From the NCBI GenBank assembly GCA_038087875.1, contig CM075994.1:10418001-10482000 (forward strand): 64,000 nt of DNA, in the 5' to 3' direction. Shown here piece by piece: positions 12,287 to 25,089 of the stretch. The notes beneath the pieces were generated by a model that saw only the letters and a program-made list of their open reading frames with translations, ran no database searches and was not told the DNA's origin. The position numbers and the translations under genes are program-made. Position 1 is the first letter of the stretch; every line of letters begins with the position of its first letter. Origin of the DNA: Malacoraja senta (lineage: Eukaryota).

Positions 12287-14209
12287 TCAATCCACCTCCT
12301 CAATGGTGGGTCCTGAGGAAGCGGTGTTCCGGGCCTGATCTCGGCATGACTCTCCGGGGGCCGCTCCTTGGTAAAGTTTGGCCATGACGGGATGGCAGAC
12401 TTTCTCCAGCTCTTTCTGCTGGTGCTGAAACTCCTCGACCTCCGCCGTCTGATTCTTCTCCAGCCACGATATCGTCTGGTTGCACCGGTCAACCACCGCC
12501 CTCTTGTCCTCATCGCTGACCTTACTCGCCACCTTCTCATCGGCCATCGTGCTCTTCACATTGTAGGCGTAGGACTCCAGGGAGTGCTTGGCTGCAACCT
12601 TCTCCCTCTGCATTTCATCCTCATTCTTGTACTTCTCTGCATCTTGCACCATTCGGTCAATTTCCTCCTTGCTCAGCCTGCCCTTGTCGTTGGTGATGGT
12701 GATCTTGTTTGTTCTGCCAGTGCTCTTGTCAGCGGCAGAAACGTTGAGGATGCCATTGGCGTCGATGTCGAAGGTCACCTCGATCTGGGGCACTCCACGA
12801 GGGGCAGGTGGAATGCCGGTCAAGTCAAACTTGCCCAGAAGGTTGTTGTCCTTGGTCATGGCCCTCTCGCCTTCGTACACCTGGATAAGGACGCCAGGCT
12901 GGTTGTCAGAGTAGGTGCTGAAGATCTGGGTCTGCTTGGTGGGAATGGTGGTGTTCCGCTTGATGAGGGTTGTCATGACACCGCCCGCCGTCTCCAGACC
13001 CATGGACAGAGCAGCAACGTCCAGGAGAAGCAGATCCTGGACGTTCTCCGACTTGTCCCCCATCAGAATGGCCGCTTGGACAGCCGCCCCGTAGGCCACC
13101 GCCTCGTCAGGGTTGATGGTCTTGTTCAGCTCCTTGCCGTTGAAGAAATCTTGCAGCAGCTTCTGGATCTTGGGGATGCGGGTGGAGCCGCCGACCAGGA
13201 CAATTTCATGGACCTGAGACTTGTCCAACTTGGCATCTCTCAGGGCTTTCTCCACCGGCTCCACCGTGCCTCGGAGCAGGTCAGCGTTCAGTTCCTCAAA
13301 ACGAGCCCTGGTGATTGAGGTGTAGAAGTCAATGCCCTCAAACAGAGAGTCGATCTCAATACTGGCCTGGGTGCTGGAAGACAGGGTTCTCTTTGCTCTC
13401 TCGCAGGCTGTCCGCAGCCTCCTCACCGCCCTCTTGTTCGGGCTAATGTCCTTCTTGTTTTTGCGTTTGAACTCCTCAATGAAGTGGCTGACCATACGAT
13501 TGTCAAAGTCCTCTCCACCCAGGTGGGTATCGCCGGTGGTGGACTTCACTTCAAAGATACCGTCGTCGATGGCGAGAATGGACACATCGAAGGTGCCGCC
13601 ACCCAGGTCAAAGATGAGGACATTGTGCTCTCCACTGCCCTTCGTGTCCAGGCCGTAGGCAATGGCACCTGCAGTTGGTTCATTGATGACTCGCAGGACA
13701 TTGAGACCAGCGATCACGCCGGCATCTTTGGTTGCCTGCCGCTGGGAGTCATTGAAGTAAGCGGGCACGGTGATAACAGCATTGGTGACACTAGCGCCCA
13801 GGTAAGCCTCGGCCACCTCCTTCATCTTGGTCAGCACCATGGAGGAGATCTCCTCCGGGTAGAAGGTTTTATTCTCCCCCTTGTACTCCACCTTCACCTT
13901 GGGCTTCCCAGCGTCGCTCACCACCTGGAAGGGCCAGTGCTTCATGTCGGCCTGGACCACGGGGTCGTCGAACCTCCTCCCGATGAGCCTCTTGGCGTCG
14001 AAGACGGTGTTGGACGGGTTCATGGCCACCTGGTTCTTGGCCGCGTCGCCGATGAGCCTCTCGGTGTCGTTGAAGGCCACGTAGCTGGGGGTGGTGCGGT
14101 TGCCCTGGTCGTTGGCGATGATCTCCACCTTGCCATGCTGGAAGACGGCAACACAGGAGTAGGTGGTGCCCAGGTCGATGCCAATGGCTGTTCCCTTGGA
14201 TCCTGGCAT
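12287..14209 (-). CDS. hsp70: Intronless cytosolic heat shock protein 70 (HSPA1-like), copy 1, 640 aa
   Basis: [22 protein letters not shown] and [15 protein letters not shown] signatures; C-terminal GPTIEEVD; single exon; HSE promoter. Confidence 0.97.
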   Translation of the reverse strand: MPGSKGTAIGIDLGTTYSCVAVFQHGKVEIIANDQGNRTTPSYVAFNDTERLIGDAAKNQVAMNPSNTVFDAKRLIGRRFDDPVVQADMKHWPFQVVSDAGKPKVKVEYKGENKTFYPEEISSMVLTKMKEVAEAYLGASVTNAVITVPAYFNDSQRQATKDAGVIAGLNVLRVINEPTAGAIAYGLDTKGSGEHNVLIFDLGGGTFDVSILAIDDGIFEVKSTTGDTHLGGEDFDNRMVSHFIEEFKRKNKKDISPNKRAVRRLRTACERAKRTLSSSTQASIEIDSLFEGIDFYTSITRARFEELNADLLRGTVEPVEKALRDAKLDKSQVHEIVLVGGSTRIPKIQKLLQDFFNGKELNKTINPDEAVAYGAAVQAAILMGDKSENVQDLLLLDVAALSMGLETAGGVMTTLIKRNTTIPTKQTQIFSTYSDNQPGVLIQVYEGERAMTKDNNLLGKFDLTGIPPAPRGVPQIEVTFDIDANGILNVSAADKSTGRTNKITITNDKGRLSKEEIDRMVQDAEKYKNEDEMQREKVAAKHSLESYAYNVKSTMADEKVASKVSDEDKRAVVDRCNQTISWLEKNQTAEVEEFQHQQKELEKVCHPVMAKLYQGAAPGESCRDQARNTASSGPTIEEVD

Positions 14210-14355
14210 CTCTGTTTCTCTACAAAGTTTGTCTTCAGATTCCTGTCTTCAGTCGCAGTTGTTGCTTTTTTTTATTTTCCTTCCTCTTCTCTTTCCACTT
14301 CTTCTCTTCCTTCTACTTCTCTTCCTTCTTTTGCGTCTGCTTTCTTTCCGACAGC

Positions 14356-14356
<1 letters not shown>

Positions 14357-14431
<75 letters not shown>

Positions 14432-14449
14432 TGTTTCTTTCTTTCTTTC
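14357..14449. repeat. (CTTT)n microsatellite within a pyrimidine tract in the hsp70 copy 1 5'UTR
   Basis: ~23 units with one interruption. Confidence 0.95.
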
Positions 14450-14497
14450 TGTGTCCCGGAGCCGCTGCAAGTTGCTGGTACAATCAGCCACCAGCTC

Positions 14498-14899
14498 CTT
14501 ATATACCTTGAGCGCCCCAGATGTGGGCGGCGCTGCGCTCGGCTCCACCAATGGGAGGAGGCGCCGGTGAGTCACCGCCAGAACGTTGGAGAACGTTCTG
14601 AAGCAAGTGACCAATCGGAGGGCGAGGAGGCGCCGCCAGGGGCGGGGATTGGCCGGGCCCGCCGGCCAATGGGGTGAGCCACCGGCCCGCCAGCCAATGG
14701 CGGGGTTGGACCCGCCCAAGACCCGCCCACTATTGGATCGACGGCGCTGGCGGCCAATGGGAGAGCGGATCGGTGATCTCATCGGCGAATGCAGGAAGCT
14801 GCTGGGAGCGGCGGCTTTAGTTTGAGCGAGAAAGTTCTGCAAAGTTCGGGAAAGTGGCAGAAAGTTCCGGAATGTGGCCAGAAAGTGCTGGAAAGTTGT
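14498..14899 (-). promoter_or_regulatory. hsp70 copy 1 promoter: TATA, AP-1, proximal HSE, CCAAT/GC boxes, distal HSE array
   Basis: TATATAAG 14498-14505; TGAGTCA 14568-14574; AGAACGTTGGAGAACGTTCT 14580-14599; multiple CCAAT and GGGCGG; GAAAGTTC-type decamers 14829-14899. Confidence 0.88.
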
Positions 14900-14910
14900 T
14901 GGGTGGGTGG

Positions 14911-15235
14911 TGTAGGAATGTTACAAAATGTTAAGATTTTAAAAATCAAGCCTGTAATTTATCCCATCAGATAAAGTATAAAATTTTAAAACTAATAGTA
15001 TAAACTTTAATTTGATGCATGATTCACTTTAATATCTTCAGTATTAAAAAAGTTATGGTCATTTTCATGCTCGGAATTTAGCAGATTGTACCCATTGCTT
15101 TTCGATCAACTTAACACAAAAGCTGTGATCGAGGACATTCAATTGACATAAAAGCCCATAACTTTCTTAACAAATAAGAAAACTGAATGACATTTTCAGT
15201 TATTATAGATTGAAGCATTCTGAAACAAATATGAA
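14911..15235. mobile_element. AT-rich element with internal inverted motifs, possibly a non-autonomous DNA transposon
   Basis: ttaaaaaagttatgg / ccataactttcttaa inverted pair; lies upstream of every hsp70 promoter (25604-25925, 45520-45722, 52153-52479). Confidence 0.35.
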
Positions 15236-15792
15236 GTGTGGCCAGAAAGTGCTGGAAAATTGTTGTGTGGGGGTGGGGAGAGGTGGGGTGGGGGGGTTGG
15301 GTTGGGATAGGGGTGGGGGGACCAGTATGGCGTCCCTTGTAGCCAGGGTCCGGAGGGCAAGAATTTAAATAAATAATTTTTTTGATACAAAAAAAAGGGG
15401 AACATCTAGGTTCTTCATCTCCAAAGGGGTTCAGTTAGCAGAGTCAGAGAAAATTGTGCCAACTTCACGAAGATTGATGACACATTTTAAGCATGTGACC
15501 TTTGTCAGCCATAAAACTGTTAAGGAATTTATTATAGTTAGTCAGTTCCAAATATGTTTAGCAAATGAGTTCAAGTGATAAAACAGAAGGGCTGTGGTGG
15601 GTAAATAGTACTTGTAGGCTTGCTCAATAGGCACAGCTGTACATGTGCAATTAGTTTAATAGTACTGTGAGGTATATAGGAAAGCAGTGTACTCAATTGA
15701 CACGTTCCCTTCAAAGTAATGATTGCAACAGCAAGCAAGAAACAGGAAAAACAAGGAACTACAGAAGGTTTCCCAAGGTTTCCATCCATTTC

Positions 15793-18652
15793 AATTCAAT
15801 TCCTTTATTGTCATCTTGCAAGCAACAGTTGTGCAGTGCAAAACGAAAAGACGTTTCCCAGGGAATACCGGAGCATCGCACATGACGTTTAAAACATTTC
15901 ACACGTAATAATAATAATAACAACACTAAAACAATCCAGTCCCTGATGGAACAGTATAAGTTAAAATAGATACAAACAACGTTAAAATACAGTAAGACCA
16001 ACCATAAACATGTCCGGGGTGGCTGATTTGAGTGGTCAGTGCCAGTTATTGAAGTGGCCAGTGCCAGTTATTATAGTGTCCGTGCCAAGCCGCAGAATCA
16101 GGTGACTGAGTACAGAGTGGCTGTTTAGCAGCCTCACAGCATATGGCAGGAAGCTGTTTAGCAGTCTTGTAGTCCGGGCTTTGATGCTGCGATATCGCTT
16201 GCCTGATGGCAGGAGATCCAGGTGTATGTGGAGGGGGTGCATTTTGTCCTTGGCAATTTTTTGGGCTTTTTTCCGACAGCGGCTCAGGAACAGTTCTTGT
16301 ACCGAGGGTAGGGAGACGCCAATGATCTTCTCTGCTCGCCTCACTACCCTCTGCAGAGCCTTCCTGTCCGAGCAGTTGCAGGTTGAGTACCACGTATTTA
16401 AACAGTACGTGAGTACAGACTCCACCGTACCCCTGTAGAAAGTCCTGAGAATGTTGGTGGGGAGTGAGGCCTGTTTTAGTTTCCTCAGGAAGTGCAGTCG
16501 CTGATGGGCCCTTTTGACGGTCCCAGTGGTGTTTCAGGACCAGGTGAGGCTGTCCGTAATTTGCATCCCGAGGAACTTTATGCTCTCCACTCTCTCCACT
16601 GTGGCGCCACTGATGTTAAGGGGTGCATGCTTTGGCTGCGCCCTCCTGAAGTCGACAACCATCTCCTTTGTGTTTTCCACATTTAGTTCTAGATTATTTT
16701 TGCCGCACCAGTCCACTAGTTGTTTTACTTCCTCCCTGTACATTGATTCATCATCTCTGCTGAGTCCCACCACTGTTGTGTCATCCGCGAATTTTATGAT
16801 CATATTGTCCCTGAATCTGGCCGCACAGTCATGTGTGAGCAATGTGAACAACAGCGGGCTGAGCACACAGCCTTGAGGTGAGCCGGTGCTCAGCGTGATC
16901 GAGCCTGAAGTGTTCTTGCCCACACGGTCTGACTGCGGTCTCTCTGTCAGAAAGTCCAAGATCCAGTGACACAGGGTGGTGTTGAGGCCCAGCAGGGTTA
17001 GTTTCTCCACAAGTCTCTGTGGGATGATGGTGTTGAACGCAGAGCTGAAGTCAATGTACAGGATTCTGGCGTATGTGTTACTTTTTTCCAGATGCGTGAG
17101 CACTGTGTGCAGCGTGGTAGAGATGGCGTCATCTGTAGAACGGTTGGGGCGATAGGCAAACTGGAGGGGGTCTAACGATGAGGGGAGGCTGGCAGTAATG
17201 TGGGGTTTCACCAGGCGTTCAAAACACTTCATTATTATTGGGGTCAGGGCGGTAATCATTTAGGCAGGCAACAACTGGTTTCTTCGCTATTGGGATAATT
17301 GTACTCGTTTTGAGGCATGTGGGGACAATGGCTTGACTGAGGGAGATGTTATAGATGTCCGTTAGCACATATGCTAACTCCTCAGCACATTCCTTAAGCA
17401 CACGTCCTGGGATGTTATCGGGTCCGACTGCTTTCCACGGGTTGACCTTAGACAGGATTCTCCGTGTGTCCATAGGGTCTATGGTCAGGACTGGCTGGTC
17501 GGTTTGTATGCAGGGACTGGCTCTCCCCTTGGGTGTGGTGTTTGCTGCATCAAAACGAGCGAAGAAGTTGTTTAGTTCATCAGGGAGAGAAGAATCCGTG
17601 TGTTACCTGCTGCCTTGCCCTGTGCCCCGTCAGTGTTTGGATTCCCTTCCACATCCTCCTGGTGTCTCCTGTGTCACAGAGGTGTCCCTGGATTTTTCCC
17701 GCGTAGGCACGTTTCGCTGCCCTGATTCCTTTTTCCAGTGCAGTCCTGCTAGATCGAAGAGCGGATGTGTTACCGGCTCTGTAGGCTTCATCACGAGCCC
17801 TCAGCAGTGAGCGTACCTCTGCCGTGATCCATGGCTTTTTGTTTCCACGTGCAGTGAAGGTTTTCATGATGGTGACATCCTCGGTGCACTTGGCAATGTA
17901 GCTGGTTACAGTCTCTGCGTACTCCTTGATGTTGATGAGGTCGTCATAGGATGCCGCTGTCCTGAACACATCCCAGTCAGTGTGCAGGAAGCAATCCTGC
18001 AGTGCTGAGGCTGCTCCCTCTGGCCAGACGCTGGTGTGTTTTCTCTCCGCTCTGACTTGTTTCTGCCGAGGTCTGTAGGCTGGTGTTAAAAACACTGAAA
18101 TGTGGTCCGAGTGGCCCAGGTGAGGGCGTGGGGCTGCCTTGTAAGCCTCTGGGGTGTTGGTGTAAACCAAGTCCAAGATGTTCTCTCCCCTGGTCTCAAA
18201 ATCCACATATTGCTTGAATTTTGGGAGCACCGTCTTAAGGCTGGTGTGATTAAAATCCCCGGCCACCACAATGAAGCTATCAGGATGTTTGGTCTGGAAC
18301 TCACTGATGGCGTCATGCAGAGCTCCCAGTGATTCGTTGGCCTTAGAATTTACATTAACGCTTGGAGCAACATATACAGCCACAAAGAAAACAACGGAGA
18401 ATTCACTCGGCAGATAGAAAGGCCGACATTTCACGATGAGGAATTCTATCAGCGGAGAGCAGTGTTTCCCGGCTATCGTAGCGTTCACACACCAGTCCTT
18501 GTTTATGTACAAGCACAGGCCTCCACCTCGGCTCTTACCAGAGCCAGCTGCCTCTCTGTCCGCACGGAACGATGTCATTCCCTCCAGCTGTATTGCTCTG
18601 TCTGGGACATTACCGTGGAGCCATGATTCCGTGAAAACAAACACACAGCAAA
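15793..18652 (-). mobile_element. Rex1/Babar-clade LINE, 5'-truncated, disrupted ORF2
   Basis: [67 protein letters not shown]; 3' end AATAAAG(GAATT)n. Empty site visible at 29491-29520. Confidence 0.88.
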
Positions 18653-20477
18653 CCCACTGTCGTGTCCCTCTCCCCTCATCTGACACCTTCTAATCTCATT
18701 TGCATCCCTGGGCTTTGTCACTTACTCTTGTGCAGCTGTCAATCACCACCTCCCCCCATCCCTTCCCTGCAACCACCTATCACTTAAGATACACAAAGAG
18801 CTGGTGACACTCGGCGGGTCAGGCAGTATCTCTGGAGAAAATGATGGGCGACGTTTCGGGTTGGGACCCATCTTCAAACAGGGGTGACATTTTGGGTGTA
18901 GACCCTCCCTCAGACTGACACCCCGAGTTACTCCAGTATTTTTGTCTCTATCTTCAGAATATACCAGCATCTGCAGTTCCTTTCAACACCACCGGCTCGA
19001 AGGGCTGAATGGCCTACTCCTGTACCTATTGTCTACTATCACTTGCCTTGCTTCACCTGCATACGAGTGGGATAATCTATCGCAGCCAATCCATAGAAGC
19101 CACGTCCATGGGATTATGGAGGGAATCCCACGCAGTTGCAAGGTGAATTACAGACTCCACCCGAGGTTACAAGTTAATCCAGATCACTGGAACCTTCGTC
19201 AAAGACAAGCTCTCATTTCACTTCCACAATCAGGAAGAAGGTGCAACAATCTGAAAACCACCACCAGCAGGTTAAAGAACAGCTTCTTCCCAAATAAACA
19301 TCAGGTTCATAAGGTCAGTAGGAACAGGAGTTGAATTAGGCCATTCGGGCCATCAAGTCTACTCCGCCATTCAGTCATGGCTGATCTATCTCTCCCTCCT
19401 AACCCCTCTCTGCTGCCTTCTCCCCTTAACCTCTGACACCCGTAGTAATCAAGAATCTTTCAATCTTTCCTCATATGACAGTCCCGCCATCCCAGGGATC
19501 AATCTCGTGAACCTACGCTGCACTGCCTCAATCACAAGGATGTCCTTTCTCAAATTAGGGCGGCAGGTACTATCCCAGCGTTTAAGAAACAGTTAGTTAT
19601 GTACATGGATAGGATAGGTTTGGAGGGATATGGACCAAATGCAGGCAGGTGGGACTAGTGTAGCTGGGAAATGTTGGCCGGTGTGGGCAAGTTGGTCCAA
19701 AGGGCCTGTTTCCACGCTCTATGACTATCTCAACTATCAGTTAATTCCAGAGCAGAGTGCAGCTCCTCTTATTCTGCCCGACTTGCTTGCAACCCAACAG
19801 TATGATCAGTGTAGACACAAAATGCTGGGTTAACTCAGCGGGTCAGGCTGCATCTCTGACTCTGGAGACCAGCATCTGCACGCCTGTTTCCCTGCTGTAT
19901 CTTTAAACTAAAACTCAAAAAATAACTAAACTATGAACGGTCTATGGTTGAACAAAGAACTTTGGACATTTCTGCACAAGTATTTTTTTTCTTTTCATGG
20001 TTGTTATTCATTGTTTTTTTTAAATTATGTTATCTATGAGTATTGTGCTTACAGGCCTGTTATGCTGCTGTTGGTAAGAATGTCATCTTGACTCTTGTGA
20101 CCAGACATTTGACATGACTATTGATCCACCATGCCATATATAGGTAGTTCGGCTAAAACGCAATAGTTGTGTTCTTAAGAAGCCTCAAGCTATAGCAAAA
20201 AGGCTTTATAAAAACAATCATGTCAATGGGGATTAAGGAGTTAGGGGAGAGGGAGTTTTTGGGTTTGAATAACAAAGTTTTTCCTCTACCTTCAGTATTT
20301 TTGACAAAAGGTAGTTTAATAGCTGCAAGATTTTTGTCTCTAATTATGGTAAGCTCTGCCTTAACCCAATTTTAGTGCCTCCTCCCCAAGGTCCAGACTT
20401 ATCCTTATTCATAAACATCTTAAAATTTAGGCAATTGTGATCACTGGGTCTAAAACACTCTGACACTGAAACACTAG

Positions 20478-20970
20478 TTCACCTGCACCTCCTCCAACCT
20501 CACCTATTGCATCTGCTGCTCTAGGTGTCAACTGCTCTACATCGGTGAGACCAAGTGCAGGGTTGGCAATCGCTTCGCCCAACAGCTCCGCTCGGTTCGC
20601 ATTAACCAACCTGATCTCCCGGTGGCTCAGCACTTCAACTGTCCCTCCCATTCCGAATCCGACCTTTCCGGTCCTGGGCCTCCTCCATGGCCAGAGTGAG
20701 TCCTACTGCAAATTAGAAGAGCAGCACCTCATATTTCGCTTGGGTAGTTTACACCCCAGCGGTATCAACATTGACTTTCCCAATTTGAGGTAGTCCATGC
20801 TTTATCCCTCCTTCCCCTCCCTTTCCCAGCTCTCCTACAGCCTCTTCCTTTTTTCTTCCCGCCCCCCCCCCCCCATCACCTATTCCTTCACTCCATAGAT
20901 GCTGCCTCACCCGCTGAGTTTCTCCAGCATTTTTGTCTACCTTCAATTTTTCTAGCATCTGCAGTTCTTT
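20478..20970 (+). mobile_element. Penelope-like fragment (duplicate)
   Basis: Copy of 9605-10095. Confidence 0.85.
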
Positions 20971-21409
20971 CTGAAACACCAGTCATTTGGCCAGGCCCAC
21001 TTCCCTGCGCAAGGCTCAGTATGGTCCCTCCTAGAATTAGATTATCCCCATACTGACTTTACTAAACAAATGTTGCCCCATCAAGCCCTTTTGCACCAAG
21101 TCCCAGTCAATAAGTTAAAGTAGCCAACGACAATAACCATGAGATCAGATCATGGTCCCCAAGAACTGGTTGTTTCAACAAAATCTGGGTCAAAAGGTTG
21201 AAATGGTCTTGGTTCAAAGTAGTCATCACAATGGGCCAGGCATACCTGTGCAGATAGGCAGAATATTCAGCTTATGAGAGCTGACATTGGTTTGCCTTAG
21301 AATTGTATCAACGAGTTTTCATACCATTATTCCACACAGAAATAACAAACTCTAACCCTAATGTTAATAGCCTGAGACTTCAAATTGGCTGCTGGGAGGA
21401 GAATAGAGA

Positions 21410-22383
21410 CAATACACAATAGGTGCAGGAGTAGGCCATTCGGCCCTTCGAGGCAGCACCGCCATTCAATGTGATCATGGCCGATCATCCCCAATCAGTA
21501 CCGCGTTCCTACCTTCTCCCCATATCCCCTGACTCCACTATTTTTAAAGTATCTAGCTCTCTCTTGAAAGCAACCAGAGAACCTGCCTCCACCGCCCTCT
21601 GAGGCAGAGAATTCCACAGACTCACCACTGAAAAAAAGTGTTTCCTCGTCTCCGTTCTAAATGGCTTACTCCTTATTCTGGAACTGTGGCCCCTGGTTCT
21701 GGACTCCCCCACCATTTGGAACATGTTTCCTGCCTCTAGCGTGTCCAAGCCCTTAACAATCTTATATGTTTTAATGAGATCCCCTCTCATCCTTCTAAAC
21801 TCCAGAGTGTACAAGCCCAGCTGCTCCATTCTCTCAGCATATGACAGTCCCACCATCCCGGGAATTAACCTTGTAAACCTACACTGCACTCCCTCAATAG
21901 CAAGAATGTCCTTCCTCAAATTAGGGGACCAAAATTGCACACAATACTCCAGGTGTGGTCTCTCTAGGGCCCTGTACAACTGCAGAAGGACCTCTTTACT
22001 CCTATATTCGATTTCTCTTGTTATAAAGGCCAACATGCCATTCACTTTCTTCATTGCCTGCTGTACCTGCATGCTAACTTTCATAGACTGATGTACAAGG
22101 ACCCCCAGATCCCGTTGTACTTCCCCTTTTCCCAACTTGACGCCATTTAGATAGTAATCTGCCTTCCAGTTTTTGCTACCAAAGTGGATAACCTCACATT
22201 TATCCGCATTAAACTTCATCTGCCATGCATCTGCCCAACCCCCCCAACCTGTCCAAGTCACCCTGCATTCTCATAGCATCCTCCTCGCCGTTCACACTGC
22301 CACCCAGCTTTGTGTCATCTGCAAATGTGCTAATGTTACTTTGAATCCCTTCATCCAAGTCATTGATGTATATTGTAAATAGC
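21410..22383 (-). mobile_element. CR1 3' fragment (duplicate)
   Basis: Copy of 10534-11507; ORF 21509-22261. Confidence 0.9.
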
Positions 22384-23166
22384 ATGGGGGTGGGGCAAGT
22401 CCCAAGAGTAGAAACAACACGTAAAAGGAAGTTAAGTGCCGAAGTATCTCAGCAAGTCATGTGACCGCTCTAGAGAACATGGATAGGTGATGTTTCAGCT
22501 CACGTCTATGACTATCCATGTGCATCAGTGATGCTGCAACTCACTAAGTTACGTTAGCACATATGCATATGACGTGTCTAAAGAGTGGTCCCAACCCAAA
22601 ATGACACAGAACTATGTTCTCCAGACATTCTGCCCAACCCATTAGGTTACCAAACCTCTGCATCTCTCACGGATTAGAAATGCATATAAAGAGTCGAGAT
22701 GATTCCGTAACCAAAATGTCACCTAACCGGGTTCTGCAGAGATGCTGTCCAACCCATTGAGTTACTCCAGCATTTCGTGTATCTTTGATTGTAAACCACC
22801 ATCTACAGTTCCTGGTGTCTAGTAGAAACACCACTACAGGGTTAAACTTCAAGAGGCTGTTTATTGGTAAAAAGCCACCTTAGAAAACATGATATTTGAA
22901 CAAAGCTATACCAAGTAAAACCACCAAGTAGAACAATTAAAAATAATTTACTGAAGGCAACATATACAACAGTAATCCAAGTAGATACCAAAAGCCCGGA
23001 TGGGTTAACACCACCCCCCCCCCCCCCCACCTCTCCCAAAAAATGTACAAATTGCAAACAATTACAAAAGAATAAGAAACGAGTTCAGGAAAGTCCTCCG
23101 GAAACTAGGAGGTCAGTGCCATTAGTTTAAGGTCAATACATTCTGATGATGTTTGTTGGCTTTGTT

Positions 23167-25089
23167 TCAATCCACTTCCTCAATGGTGGGTCCTGAGGAA
23201 GCGGTGTTCCGGGCCTGATCTCGGCATGACTCTCCGGGGGCTGCTCCTTGGTAAAGTTTGGCCATGACGGGATGGCAGACTTTCTCCAGCTCTTTCTGCT
23301 GGTGCTGAAACTCCTCGACCTCCGCCGTCTGATTCTTCTCCAGCCACGATATCGTCTGGTTGCACCGGTCAACCACCGCCCTCTTGTCCTCATCGCTGAC
23401 CTTACTCGCCACCTTCTCATCGGCCATCGTGCTCTTCACATTGTAGGCGTAGGACTCCAGGGAGTGCTTGGCTGCAACCTTCTCCCTCTGCATTTCATCC
23501 TCATTCTTGTACTTCTCTGCATCTTGCACCATTCGGTCAATTTCCTCCTTGCTCAGCCTGCCCTTGTCGTTGGTGATGGTGATCTTGTTTGTTCTGCCAG
23601 TGCTCTTGTCAGCGGCAGAAACGTTGAGGATGCCATTGGCGTCGATGTCGAAGGTCACCTCGATCTGGGGCACTCCACGAGGGGCAGGTGGAATGCCGGT
23701 CAAGTCAAACTTGCCCAGAAGGTTGTTGTCCTTGGTCATGGCCCTCTCGCCTTCGTACACCTGGATAAGGACGCCAGGCTGGTTGTCAGAGTAGGTGCTG
23801 AAGATCTGGGTCTGCTTGGTGGGAATGGTGGTGTTCCGCTTGATGAGGGTTGTCATGACACCGCCCGCCGTCTCCAGACCCATGGACAGAGCAGCAACAT
23901 CCAGGAGAAGCAGATCCTGGACGTTCTCCGACTTGTCCCCCATCAGAATGGCCGCTTGGACAGCCGCCCCGTAGGCCACCGCCTCGTCAGGGTTGATGGT
24001 CTTGTTCAGCTCCTTGCCGTTGAAGAAATCTTGCAGCAGCTTCTGGATCTTGGGGATGCGGGTGGAGCCGCCGACCAGGACAATTTCATGGACCTGAGAC
24101 TTGTCCAACTTGGCATCTCTCAGGGCTTTCTCCACCGGCTCCACCGTGCCTCGGAGCAGGTCAGCGTTCAGTTCCTCAAAACGAGCCCTGGTGATTGAGG
24201 TGTAGAAGTCAATGCCCTCAAACAGAGAGTCGATCTCAATACTGGCCTGGGTGCTGGAAGACAGGGTTCTCTTTGCTCTCTCGCAGGCTGTCCGCAGCCT
24301 CCTCACCGCCCTCTTGTTCGGGCTAATGTCCTTCTTGTTTTTGCGTTTGAACTCCTCAATGAAGTGGCTGACCATACGATTGTCAAAGTCCTCTCCACCC
24401 AGGTGGGTATCGCCGGTGGTGGACTTCACTTCAAAGATACCGTCGTCGATGGCGAGAATGGACACATCGAAGGTGCCGCCACCCAGGTCAAAGATGAGGA
24501 CATTGTGCTCTCCACTGCCCTTCGTGTCCAGGCCGTAGGCAATGGCACCTGCAGTTGGTTCATTGATGACTCGCAGGACATTGAGACCAGCGATCACGCC
24601 GGCATCTTTGGTTGCCTGCCGCTGGGAGTCATTGAAGTAAGCGGGCACGGTGATAACAGCATTGGTGACACTAGCGCCCAGGTAAGCCTCGGCCACCTCC
24701 TTCATCTTGGTCAGCACCATGGAGGAGATCTCCTCCGGGTAGAAGGTTTTATTCTCCCCCTTGTACTCCACCTTCACCTTGGGCTTCCCAGCGTCGCTCA
24801 CCACCTGGAAGGGCCAGTGCTTCATGTCGGCCTGGACCACGGGGTCGTCGAACCTCCTCCCGATGAGCCTCTTGGCGTCGAAGACGGTGTTGGATGGGTT
24901 CATGGCCACCTGGTTCTTGGCCGCGTCGCCGATGAGCCTCTCGGTGTCGTTGAAGGCCACGTAGCTGGGGGTGGTGCGGTTGCCCTGGTCGTTGGCGATG
25001 ATCTCCACCTTGCCATGCTGGAAGACGGCAACACAGGAGTAGGTGGTGCCCAGGTCGATGCCAATGGCTGTTCCCTTGGATCCTGGCAT
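23167..25089 (-). CDS. hsp70: Intronless hsp70 copy 2, 640 aa (protein reads identical to copy 1)
   Basis: Full HSP70 signatures, GPTIEEVD. Confidence 0.97.
   Translation of the reverse strand: MPGSKGTAIGIDLGTTYSCVAVFQHGKVEIIANDQGNRTTPSYVAFNDTERLIGDAAKNQVAMNPSNTVFDAKRLIGRRFDDPVVQADMKHWPFQVVSDAGKPKVKVEYKGENKTFYPEEISSMVLTKMKEVAEAYLGASVTNAVITVPAYFNDSQRQATKDAGVIAGLNVLRVINEPTAGAIAYGLDTKGSGEHNVLIFDLGGGTFDVSILAIDDGIFEVKSTTGDTHLGGEDFDNRMVSHFIEEFKRKNKKDISPNKRAVRRLRTACERAKRTLSSSTQASIEIDSLFEGIDFYTSITRARFEELNADLLRGTVEPVEKALRDAKLDKSQVHEIVLVGGSTRIPKIQKLLQDFFNGKELNKTINPDEAVAYGAAVQAAILMGDKSENVQDLLLLDVAALSMGLETAGGVMTTLIKRNTTIPTKQTQIFSTYSDNQPGVLIQVYEGERAMTKDNNLLGKFDLTGIPPAPRGVPQIEVTFDIDANGILNVSAADKSTGRTNKITITNDKGRLSKEEIDRMVQDAEKYKNEDEMQREKVAAKHSLESYAYNVKSTMADEKVASKVSDEDKRAVVDRCNQTISWLEKNQTAEVEEFQHQQKELEKVCHPVMAKLYQGAAPGESCRDQARNTASSGPTIEEVD

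Noticed and set aside
12368..14677. Long antisense ORFs over hsp70 (316 and 397 aa, and equivalents in other copies)
   Set aside because: Known by-product of HSP70 codon bias. The frame is broken at 13318, and differently in copy 3.
14249..14842. ORFs with KKER/FFLS repeats across the promoter
   Set aside because: Translations of the (GAAA)n microsatellite and GC-rich promoter.
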